Shown: piece by piece, positions 48,801-59,679 of the stretch
Numbering within the stretch: the stretch's first letter is position 1
Layout of the letters: each line of letters begins with the position of its first letter
Origin: Mobula birostris
Taxonomy: Eukaryota
Length of the DNA: 64,000 nucleotides
Assembly: GCF_030028105.1 (NCBI RefSeq)
Contig: NC_092370.1
Location: forward strand, 213,820,005-213,884,004
Reading direction: 5' to 3'
Program-made: the position numbers and the translations under genes
Notes under the pieces: model-generated
Told to the model about the DNA's origin: nothing
Database searches by the model: none
The model's input: only the letters and a program-made list of their open reading frames with translations

Positions 48801-51240
48801 CTCTTCTTATAGACCAATTTCTTTACTTAATATTGATACTAAGATCCTATCTAAAGTTTTGACCCATAGGAGTGAAAATATTTTACCATCTGTCATTTCT
48901 GATAACCAAACTGGATTTATCAAAAATCGATATTCTCACTTTAATATTTGTTGGTTATTAAATGTTATTTATTCTCCTGCTAATATGATATCAGAATGTG
49001 TGGTATCCCTAGATGCTGAGAAAGCTTTTGACAGAGTTGAATGGAATTGTTCATTTAAAATTTAAGAAAAATTCAATTTTGGACCCATTTTCATTCAATG
49101 GATTAAATTACTTTATTTAGCTCCTTCCACCAGGGTTATCACTAATTCTCATAATTCCAAACCATTTAAGCTTCACCATGGCACTAGTCAAGGCTGCCCG
49201 TTGAGCCCTTTGCTTTTTGATCTGGCCTTAGAACCTTTAGCCATTGCCTTTCGAGAATCTAATGATGTCACCCATATTTTAAGGAGAGACACTATTCATA
49301 AAGTCTTGCTTTACACTGATGATCTGCTGCTATTTATTTCTAATGTTGAGACTTCATTTCCCCATGCGCTTTCTTTACTCTCCTGTTTTAGCCAGTTCTC
49401 AGGTTAGAAATTAAATGTACATAAAAGTGAACTTTTCCCTATGAATAATTTGATACTAACAAACTCTAACCTTCCTTTTAAGATTGTAAGAAACCAATTT
49501 ACCTACTTAGCTGTAACAATTACTAAAAACTATAAGCGTTCATTTAAAGAAAATTTTCTTACCCTATTGAATCACGTAAAAGGGATACTATCAAATTGGT
49601 CGCCTTTTTTGTTATCGCTGATCGGCCGAATTAACTCCATTAAAATGAATATATTACCTAAATTTATATATCTTTTTCAGGCATTGCCTGTTTTTATTCC
49701 TAAATCTTTCTTTGATTCTCCTGACTCCATTATATCTTCTTACATATGGAAGAATAAGCGTCTGAGATTAAATAAAATTCACCTTCAGAAAGATAAAAAG
49801 AATGGAGGATTAGCCTTACCAAACTTTAGATTTCATTATTGGGCAGTTAATATAAGAAATCTTACATTTTGGTTATATTACATTAATCGTGAGGATTGCC
49901 CGATATGGGGTTTTCTTTAAAGAAGCTAACACTGTTAATAAATTTTCTATTATTTCTCTTCTTGGATCCTCACTTCCTTTGTCTCTGAGTAAGTTAACTG
50001 CTAATCTGGTAGTTAAACAAACTATGAGAACTTGGATACAATTCCAAAAATACTTTGGCTTATTGAGATTTTCTCTTTCAAGTCAGTTTTTCTAGTTTTT
50101 TTTTTAAACCTTCTATGATTGGTGTGGCTTTTAAAGAATGGGATAGATTAGGTATTAAATGCATTCAGGACTTGTTTGTAGAGGGAAGTCTCTCTTCATT
50201 TGAACAACTGTCAACTAAATATAGTTTACCCAAAACTCATTTTTTTTAATACCTACAAATGATAGAGTTTTTAAGGTCTCAAATGAGTACATTTCCTAAC
50301 AGTCCTGCTAAGAATCTACTAGATGTAATTTTTAATTTGAAATCTTTTTATAATGGATCTATATTTAATATTTATAATATGCTGTTAGGCATGAGAAGTG
50401 TTCCTTTAGATAAAATCAAAAATCTTTGGGAACATGATTTACAGACTTCAGTTTCTGAGAAAACTTGGAATCAAATTTTTAAATTGGTTAACACTTCATC
50501 TTTATGCACCTGCCACTCTCTCCTACAATTTAAAGTTGTCTATAGGGTCCACATGACCAAGGATAAGTTGTCACATTTTTATGTAGATATATCTCCATAT
50601 TGTGATAAATGTAATATTGGAAAAGCTTCACTCATTCATATGTTTTGGACATGTCAGTCTTGGAAAATATTGGAAAGTACTTCAAACTTTCTCAATACTT
50701 TTCAAGGTAAACTTCAAGCCTGATCCTTTGACCGCTTTATTTGGTATTGTTGGAGGAAAGGATATTATTTTGGAGCCATCTGACTTGCACATTTTGGCTT
50801 TTATGTCTTTCGTGGCCAGGAGGATGCTCTTGCTTAAATGGAAGGAGGTCATTCCGCCTACTCAGACTCAATGGTTACGTAATGTGATGTCATGTTTAAA
50901 TTTAGAGAAGATTCGATGTTCAATCTCTGAATCTAGCCAAGACTTTCAAACATTGTGGGGACCTTTTTTGAATTATTTTCAAAACCTTTCATTTGTTGTT
51001 AAAGCACAGATGATGACTAATAACTTATTTTCCCTTTTTTTGTCTTTACTGATCAGCTTCAGTCTTGGTATTGGGTTAGATTTTTTTATAATAAAATTAC
51101 TATGTTTCAATGTTACAAATTAATTAATCTGTATGAATGTAGGGTAAGAAGTTTATGCAATTTAGTATAATGTATTGATATATTTTTCTTGTACTCTGTA
51201 TTCTTATGTAAAATTAATAAAAACATTGGAAAAAATAAAT
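45803..51240 (+). mobile_element. L1-clade LINE, decayed: ORF1 remnant, APE endonuclease, RT, C-terminal CCHC region and A-rich tail
   Basis: ANVYAPN, VMGGDFN, YFRIDFF, SDHAPV, KAPGPDGFSGEF, SYRPISLLNIDTKILSK, LDAEKAFDRVEW, YTDDLLLF, CDKC...HMFWTC; AATAAAAACATTGGAAAAAATAAA end. Confidence 0.92.
46106..47561 (+). mobile_element. Rex1/Babar 3' half inserted in the L1 endonuclease, with about 100 bp of L1-derived 5' extension
   Basis: ORF 46197-46973 LNDYRPVALISHIMKTLE...LDPLQFAY...DFSSAFNTI...KFSDDSAIVG; (TATGAC)n tail; GAATA repeat at 46101-46105 / 47562-47566; removal restores YAPN-IDDPG. Confidence 0.88.
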
Positions 51241-52312
51241 TCTTCATCTCCATTCTAAAAGGAAGCCCTTTTATTCTGAGGCTGTGTCCTCTGGTCTTAG
51301 ACTCTCCCACCATAGGAAACATCCTCTCCACAGTCACTATCAAGGCCTTTCACCATTCAACAGGTTTCAATGAGGTCGCCGCAAATTCTTCAGAATTCTA
51401 GTGAACACAGGCACAGAACCATCAAATGATCTTCATATGACAAACTGATTCCAATAATGACATCCTGGAATCATTTCATGAATCTCCCTAGAACCATCTC
51501 CAGTTTCAGCACATCCTTTCTAAAATAAGGGGCCCAAAACTGCTCACAATACTGCAAGTGAGGCCTCACCAGCATCTTATGAAGTCATATTACATCCTTG
51601 CTTTTATATTCTAGACCTCTTGAAATAAGTGGTAATGTCACAGTTGCCTTCCTCACCGCAGACTACCTGCAAATTCACCTTTCGGAATTCTGCACAAGGA
51701 CTCCCAAGTCTCTTTGCAACTCAGATTTTCTTTTTTTTAATTAATTTCCCCTCCATTTAAAAAAAACAGACACTTCCCGACGTTGTACTCCATCTGCCAT
51801 TTCTTTGCCCATTCTCCTAATCTGTCTAAATCCTCTGAAGCCTCTCTACTTCCTCAAAACTACCTGCCCCTCTACCTATTTTCATATCATATACAAACTT
51901 CTCATCTACAAGTCTTCAATTTCATCATCCAAATCATTGACAAATAACAAAAAGCATCAGTCCCAACACAGACCCCCATGGAACATCTCTAGTCACTGGT
52001 AGTCAGCCAGAAAATGCTCCTTTATTCCCACTCTTTGCCTCCTACTAATCAGCTACTGCTTTATCTATGCTGGAATCTTTCCTGTAATACCATGGGCTCA
52101 TAGCTTGTTAAGCAGCCTCATCTGTAGCACCCTGTCAAAGGCTTTCTGAAAATCCAAGTACATAACATCAACCAATTCTCCTTTGTCTATCCTGCTTGTT
52201 ATTTCTTCAAAGAATTCCAAAAGATTTGCCAGGCAAGATTTTCCCTATTTTATCATGCAGCTCCAAGTATCCCAAGACCTCATCCTTAATAATTGACTCC
52301 AACATCTTCCCA
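51237..52312 (-). mobile_element. CR1 ORF2 fragment, host of the Gypsy insertion (continues at 61174-61260)
   Basis: ...AACATCTTCCCA | CCACGGAGGTCAGACTAACTGGCCTATAG continues as NYRPVSLTSVV on the far side of the Gypsy element. Confidence 0.82.
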
Positions 52313-53870
52313 GGCATGTATTAGGGAGCTGGAGCAGGGATCCAATCACAGAGTGCACACAGTGATATTAATTGAGTAACAAATCCCAAAGTGCAAACAA
52401 AGTCAGCATCAAAGTTCAGGCAGAGATCAGAACATCCAGAGAAATCCAAAAACCAAAATCAGGAAACAGGCAGAGTCAATATTCAAACAGATAGAGTACA
52501 GATACAAATACTGGAAACACTCAAGGAACTTCACTGGCACAATCTAGCAACAAACAAGTGAAAACACAGGACTGAAATACACTGAGCAATAAACAGAGAG
52601 GCAGATGATAGGTGGAGCACAATGAGACACCGGTGGCAGCAATACAGGTAATAATGAGAAACAGGTGAGAGGCGGAGTACTCAGTAATATAGGGGCTGGA
52701 GTAGAGCAGGAGCGGGGACAGGAGCACATGGCAATACAAAACCACAGACTGACAGATAGGGGAAAACACACAAAGACAGAGTTCAACTGGAAGTACTGAC
52801 AGTACCTCGCGCCCCCCCCCCCCCCCCACCGCCTCTACAGATGCCTCCTGGTGTCACGGCAGGTAGTGCTGGGTGCTGGCAATGAAAGTCCCTGATGAGA
52901 GAGGGGTTCAGGATGTTATGGGCAGAGACCCAGCACTTCTCCTCAGGGCCATAGCCCTCCCAGTCCACAAGGTACTGGAGGCCACAGGCCCGGTGACAAA
53001 TGTCCAGCAGCCAGCTCACTGTGAAGGCCTCTGACCCATCGATGAGCCAAGGGGAGGGGGTGTTGGGGACAGGACATGGGGGTGGCTCATGAAAGGCTTG
53101 ACGCGGGGCACATGGAAGGTGGGATGAATATGGCGGAGAGTGGAGGGGAGCTTGAGATGGACGGCAGCAGGACTGATGACTTCAGCAATGGGAAAGGGGC
53201 GGATGAAAAGAGGGGCAAGCTTACAGGAATCCACCTTGAGGGGCAGGTCTCGGGTTGAAAGCCACACATGCTGTTCCTGGCGGTAACATGGAGCCTTGGA
53301 GCAATGGCTGTCAGCTTAATGCTTGACCCTAGTAGGGGCACGGAGAAGGGCAGAGCGAGTGCACCTCTATTTCCACTGACAATGGCGGATGGATGCCTCA
53401 GGAGATGGAATGCCAACCTCCTCCTGGGCAGTGGAGGTTGGTAGCCAAGGCGCTACTCAAAAGAGGACAGACCAGTGGATGAGGGTGGATGAGAGTTTAT
53501 GGCATACTTGGCCCAGGGTAGCCACTGACTCCACACGGAGGGGATCTGGGAGACCAGCACCGCAATACTGTCTCTAGCTGTTGGTTGACCCACTCAGTAT
53601 GGCCATTGGTCTCTGGGTGGAATCCTGAAGACAGACTCACAGAGGCACCCCTAAGATTACAGAATGCCCTACAGAAGTTGGATGTGAATTGAGAGTGGTC
53701 TGACACAACATCTATAGATAAACCATGTAATTTTAAAACATGCAGTACTAATAACTTAGTAGGCTGGGAAACCATTTCGCTCAACACCTACACTCTGTCC
53801 GCCACAGAAAGCAGGATCTCCCAGTGGCCATATATTTTAATTCCACGTCCCATTCCCATTCTGATATGTG

Positions 53871-54740
53871 CAAAAATGATGAAACTATGTACAGGGAGGA
53901 GGTCAAACACCTAGAGAGTTGGTGCAGGGATAACAACTTAATGCTTAATGTCACCAAAACCAAGGAGATGATCGTCGATTTCAGACGGTCTCAGCCTGAG
54001 CACACACCCCTCAGCATCAGCGGCTCCACAGTGGAGAGAGTGGAAAACATCAAGTTCCTTGAGGTGCAGATCTCGGACAATCTCACCTGGTCCGGGAACA
54101 CAACCAGGATTGTGAAACAGGCTCAGCAGAGATTGCACTTTCTGAGGAAGCTTAAACAAGCATTACTCCCCGCTAACATCTTAACTACATTCTACAGAGG
54201 CGTGGTTAAGAGTGTGCTGGCCTTTTGCATCACAACCTGGTACTCCAGCTGCAGTGTTGTCGACAAAAAAGCTTTGCAGAGGGTGGTTAGGTGAGCAGAG
54301 GTTACTGGGGTCTCCCTACCTTCTGTCCAAGACCTCTTTCAGAGTCTATGCCTCCAGAATACACGATACATCATTAAAGACCCCTCACACCCTCTCCAGG
54401 AACTGTTTGTTCTTCTGCCACCAGGCAAACGTTACAGGAGCATAAAAACTAAAACCACAAGGCTACTTAAACAGCTTCCTCCCACAGGCAGTCAGACTGC
54501 TAAATAGCTGCTCTACCTGACTCTGCTTTGGACACTTAACTTTCACTGGACACTTACAACTTGATTTTAACCGACATGTGGCTGTTGTGTTTTACTATTT
54601 ATTGTTATGTTTATTATTAGTGTTGCGTTTGTTATTTTATGATTGCACTGCCCCTGAGAAACGCTGTCTCATTCTGCCCTGCAGAGCTGATGTATGGTTA
54701 GAATGACAATAAAGTTTTTTGAATCTTTGAATCTTGAATC
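53871..54740 (+). mobile_element. Rex1/Babar 3' fragment nested in the PLE
   Basis: NDETMYREEVKHLESWCRDNNLMLNVTKTKEMIVDFRR...AQQRLHFLRKL; AATGACAATAAA and (GAATCTT)n tail; PLE resumes at about 54741. Confidence 0.88.
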
Positions 54741-55166
54741 TACTCACGGCCTCCTCTACTAGTAGTCAAGATGAAGCCACACTCAGGTTGGAGGAACAAC
54801 CTTATATTCCGTCTGGGTAGCCTCCAACCTGATGGCATGAAAATTGACTTCTCTAACTTCCGTTAATGCCCCTCCTCCCCTTCTTACCCCATCCCTTATT
54901 TATTTCCTTTTTCTTTCTCTCTCTTTTGTCTCCCTCTGTCTCTCACTATAACTCCTTGCCTGCTCTCCACCTTTCTCTGGGCTCCACTTCCCCTTTCTTT
55001 CTCTCTAGGCTTCCTGTCCCATGATCCTCTCCCTTCTCCAGCCTTGTATCCCTTTTGCCAATCAACTTTCCAGCTCTTGGCTCCATCCCTCCCCCTCCTG
55101 TCTTCTCCTATCATTTTGGATCTCCCCCTCCCACTTTCAAATCTTTTACTATCTCTTCTTTCAGTT

Positions 55167-55202
55167 AGTCCTGACGAAGGGTCTCGGCCCGAAACGTCGA
55201 CT
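55167..55202 (+). ncRNA. Minimal type I hammerhead ribozyme, intact consensus-like copy
   Basis: AGTC CTGACGA AGGGTCTCGGCCC GAAA CGTC GACT; predicted cleavage after C55198. Confidence 0.82.
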
Positions 55203-56837
55203 GTACCTCTTCCTATAGATGCTGCCTGGCCTGCTGCATTCCACCAGCATTTTGAGTGTGCTGCTTGAATTTCCAGCATCTGCAGATTTCCTCGTGTTTG
55301 TGTACTAATAATTTGGGTGTTTCTTTGGCAGAGGGGAGTTTAGATAAAGGAATGAAGTGTACAGACTTGGAGAAACGACCAACTACTGTGAGAATGGTGG
55401 TGTTACCATCTGATGGGGAAAGATCAGTGACAAAGTCCAGGGCAATGTGAGACCAGGGTCTCTCGGGGATAGACAGGGGTTGTAACAGACCAGCAGGTGA
55501 CCGGTTAGAGTTCTTGCCTTGAGAACAGACCGAGCAGGCTGAGACAAAGTTGTGGATGTCATCTCCCATGGAGGGCCACCAGAACCGCCGACTGATGAAG
55601 GCCTGAGTACGCTTTGTTCCAAGGTGACAGGATAACCAGGAGGAATGACCCCACTGCAATACCTGTGAGCGGACAGAACTGAGAACATAAACACGGTTAG
55701 TGGGGCATTGACTAGGGGCTGCCTCGCTCTGTTGAGCAGCTTGCACCCTGGCTTCAATGTCTCATTGTGCTGCACCCACGAGACAGTGAGCAGGGAGGAT
55801 GACATCAGGTACTTCAGTGGTCTCAGATGAAGGAAATCTTTGGGGAAGGGAATCAGGTTTTCCATTTTTGGAACCGGGGCAGAAGGACAGTAAAATTGAA
55901 TCTTGCGAAAAACAAGGACCAACGAGCTTGATGGGAGTTGAGACGTTTGTCCGTACGGATACATTCCAGATTCTTGTGATCAGTCCAGATTACGAATAGC
56001 ACCTTGGCTCCTCCAACCAATGCCTCCACTCCTCCAGAGCTAGCTTCACAACAGCAGCTCCTGGTTTCCAACATTGTAATTCTGTTCCGTGGGAGTGAGG
56101 TGGAGAGAGAAGGCAGCACAGGGGTGTACCTTCTCATCCTTGGCCGAGCGCTGAGAGAGAACAGCTCCTACACCGATGTCAGATGCATCCACCTCCACAA
56201 TGAACTGTCGGTTGGTGTCGGGTTGAATCAGGATGGGGGCAGAGGTGAAACGTTCCTTCAGGTCAGAGGATGCTTTTTCAGCAGCAGGGAACCAGGAGAA
56301 TCTGACAGATCAGGTAAGAGCAGTGAGTGGTGCAGCCAGTGTACTGTAATCACTGAAGTGGCAATAGAAGTTAGTGAAGCCCAAGAAGCGTTGTAACTCC
56401 TGAAGAGTCGAGGGTTGGGGCCATTCGACCACCACCTTGACCTTCTGTTGTTCCACCTGAATGGAACTGCCTGAAATGACATACCCCAGGAAGGAGACGG
56501 TATTGCGGTATTTCACAGACTTCACAAAGAGCTAGTTCTCCAGAATGTGCTGGAGAATTTTGTGGACGTGACCTGTGTGTTCAGCAAGGGACTTAGAGAA
56601 AATCAAAATGTCATCAAGATACACAAAAACAAATCGGTTCAGCATGTCCCTGAGAACATCATTTACCAGGGCTTGGAAGATGGCAGTGGCATTGGTGAGA
56701 CCGAATGGCATGACCAGATACTCATAATGGCCTGAGATGGTGTTGAAGGCCGTCTTCCACTCGTCCCCCTTGTGGATGCAGACAAGATGGTAGGTGTTAC
56801 GGAGATCAAGACTGATGAAAACTGAGGCTCTTTGCAG

Positions 56838-58627
56838 TAACCATATAACAATTACAGCTCGGAAACAGGCCATCTCAGCCCTTCTAGTCCGTGCCGAACT
56901 CTTACCCTATCCTAGTCCCACCGACCTGCACTCAGCCATAACCCTCCATTCTTTTCCTGTCCATATATCTATCCAATTTAACTTTAAACGACAACATATA
57001 ACCTGCCTCAACCACTTCTGCTGGAAGCTCATTCCGCACAGCTACCACTCTCTGAGTAAAGAAGTTCCCCCTCATGTTACCCCTAAACTTTTGTCCTCTA
57101 ATTCTCAACCCATGCCCTCTTGTTTGAATCTTCCCCACTCTCAATAGAAAAAAGTCTAACCACATCAGCTCTATCAATCCCCCTCATAATTTTAAACACC
57201 TCTATCAAGACCCCCTCAACCTTCTACGCTCCAAAGAATAAAGATCTAACTTGTTCAACATTTCTCTGTAACTTAGGAGATGAAACCCAGGCAACATTTT
57301 AGTAAACCTCCTCTGTACTCTCTCAATTTTATTGACATCTTTCCTATAATTCGGTGACCAGAACTGTACACGATACTCCAGATTTGGCCTTACCAATGCC
57401 TTATACAATTTCAACATTACATCCCAACTCCTATACTCAATGCTCTGATTAATAAAGGCCAGCATACCAAAAGCTTTCTTCACCACCCTATCCACATGAG
57501 ATTCCACCTTCAGGGAACTATGCACTATTATTCCTAAATCCCTCTGTTCTAAAGCATTATTTAATGCCCTACCATTTACCATATATGTCCTATTCGTTCT
57601 ACCAAAATGTAGCACCTCACATTTTTCAGCATTAAACTCCATCTGCCATCTTTCAGCCCACTCTTCTAACTGTCCTAAATCTCTCTGCAAGTTTTGAAAA
57701 CCTACCTCATCATCCACAACTCCACCTATCTTAGTATCATCTGCATTCTTACTAATCCAATTTACCACCCCATCATCCAGATCATTAATATATATGACAA
57801 ACAACATTGGACCCAGTACAGATCCCTGAGGCACACCGCTACACACCGTCCTCCAATCTGACACACTGTTATCCATCACCACTCTCTGGCGTCTCCCACC
57901 CAGCCACTGCTGAATCCATTTTACTACTTCCATATTAATGCCTAATGATTGAACCCCTTCCTAACTAACCTTCCGTGTGGAACCTTGTCAAAGGCCTTAC
58001 TGAATCCATATAGACAACATCCACTACTTTACCCTCGTCAACTTTCCTAGTAACCTCTTCAAAAAATTCAGTAAATTTTGTCAAACATGACCTTCCACGC
58101 ACAAATCCATGTTGACTGTTCCTAATCAGACCCTGTCTATCCAGAAAATTATATATACCATCTCTAAGAATACTTTCCATCAATTTAGCCACCACTGACG
58201 TCAAACTCACAGGCCGATAATTGCCAGGTTTAGTCTTAGAACCATTTTTAAACAATGGAACCAAATGAGCAATACGCCAATCGTCTGGCACCATTCCCGT
58301 TTCTAATGACATTTGAAATATTTCTGTCAGAGCCCCTGCTATTTCTATACTAACTTCCCTCAAAGTCCTAGGGAATATCTTGTCCGGACCCAGACACTTA
58401 TCCACTTTTATATTCCTTAAAAGTGCCAGTACCTCCTCTTCTTTAATTGTCATACTTTCCATAACTACCCTACTTGCTTTCTTTACCTTACACAATCTAA
58501 TATCCTTCTCCTTGGTGAATACCGAAGAAAAGAAATTGTTCAAAATCTCCTCCACCTCTTCTGGCTCCGCATATAGCCATCCACTGATTCTCCAAGGGAC
58601 CAATTTTATCCCTCACTATCCTTTTGC
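56838..58627 (-). mobile_element. Relatively young CR1 3' 1.8 kb nested in the Gypsy RT
   Basis: Long ORFs 57965-58603, 57205-57933 and 56932-57177 with full CR1 RT motifs; tail ...TGTTATATGGTTA, also seen at 21028. Confidence 0.92.
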
Positions 58628-58816
58628 CACTGCTGTGTACATACATCTATTGATGCTTCTGGACACATCTTCAGTGATGTTCCCGGAATCATCAGGTGTT
58701 TCGGGTCTTTCAACATTATACAACCTCCTCCAGGTGACCCAGCCAGGACTGATCAGACCCCAACTTGTGTCCAGATGGCTAGCTACTTTTCTGCCACTAA
58801 CAGAACTGTAGGAACC
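58628..58816 (-). other. About 190-bp fragment that is neither CR1 nor Gypsy, at the 5' end of the nested CR1; possibly the 3' UTR of an RLE-type (Hero-like) LINE
   Basis: Minus strand GGCTGGGTCACCTGG...TGTTGAAAGACCCGAAACACCTGATGA...CATCACTGAAGATGTGTCC resembles fish RLE-LINE 3' ends, from memory only. Confidence 0.35.
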
Positions 58817-59633
58817 CTTTGTAGTTCAAATGCTGAGGTCATGAGCAGAAGAGGGTAACGGTTCTTAATGATGACTTCATTCAGTCCCTGGTAATCAATG
58901 CATGGACGAAAGGAGCCATCCTTCTTTTCAACAAAGAAAAAACCGGCATCAGCAGGGGCAGAAGACAGCCGGATGATGCCTGCAGCCAGCGACTATTGAA
59001 TGTACTACTCATGGCTTCTGTTTCAGGTATGGGCAGGGAGTACAGGTGGCCCCTTGGGGGAGATGTGCCAGACAAGAGGTCAATGGTGCAATCATATGGA
59101 CGATGAGCTGGCAGGGAAGTGGCCCGGGACTTGCTGAACACAGCCTTGAGGTCCATGTATTCAGGAGGGATGACACTAAGGTCTGAAAATTCGTCGGGAA
59201 TATCTGGGCTTGGAGACAAGGGGATCTGAGCATGGCAGAGGCAGTGGGAGTGAGAATGGGCTCCAGCCTACAATCTTGCAACTGAGCCAGTCAATGTGGG
59301 GGTTGTGTTTAACTAATCAGAGATGGCCCAGGACAATGGGAGCTTGAGGAGAGTCAATAACAAGGTTAACTGTTCATGATGGTTGCTGGATAAACTAAGA
59401 TTCACCGGGGCCATGACATGGGTAGTGTTAGCCAGTCTCCGACATTTCAAGGCGTGGCCTTCAATGGTGACTGGAGAGCAGATGTGGGTAATCCCCACTG
59501 GGCAGCCAAGCTGGAATCGATAAAACAGCCCTCCACACCAGAATAGACCAAGACAGAGATACTCACTGTTGGACGCCCCACTCCAGAGAAGCAGGTATGA
59601 GAGTGAGTGACGAGGAGGGCCGGACAGGTGTCA

Positions 59634-59679
59634 TGCTCACCAGTACCCCTCGACCAACTGGTGAGCACTTGGCTTTTAC
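59634..59679 (-). promoter_or_regulatory. Candidate -1 ribosomal frameshift signal at the gag-pol junction
   Basis: GTAAAAG (59679-59673), 5-nt spacer, then a perfect 11-bp stem (59657-59667 / 59634-59644) directly after the CCHC knuckle. Confidence 0.6.

Larger units (their letters stand above)
53761..55301 (+). mobile_element. PLE 3' fragment nested in the Gypsy integrase
   Basis: GTACTAATAA duplicated at 53745-53754 and 55302-55311; endonuclease tail and terminal module. Confidence 0.85.

Noticed and set aside
58665-58712. CUGAUGA, CUGAAGA and GAAA motifs on the minus strand as another hammerhead
   Set aside because: Spacing and order do not allow stems I-III to form around a core.
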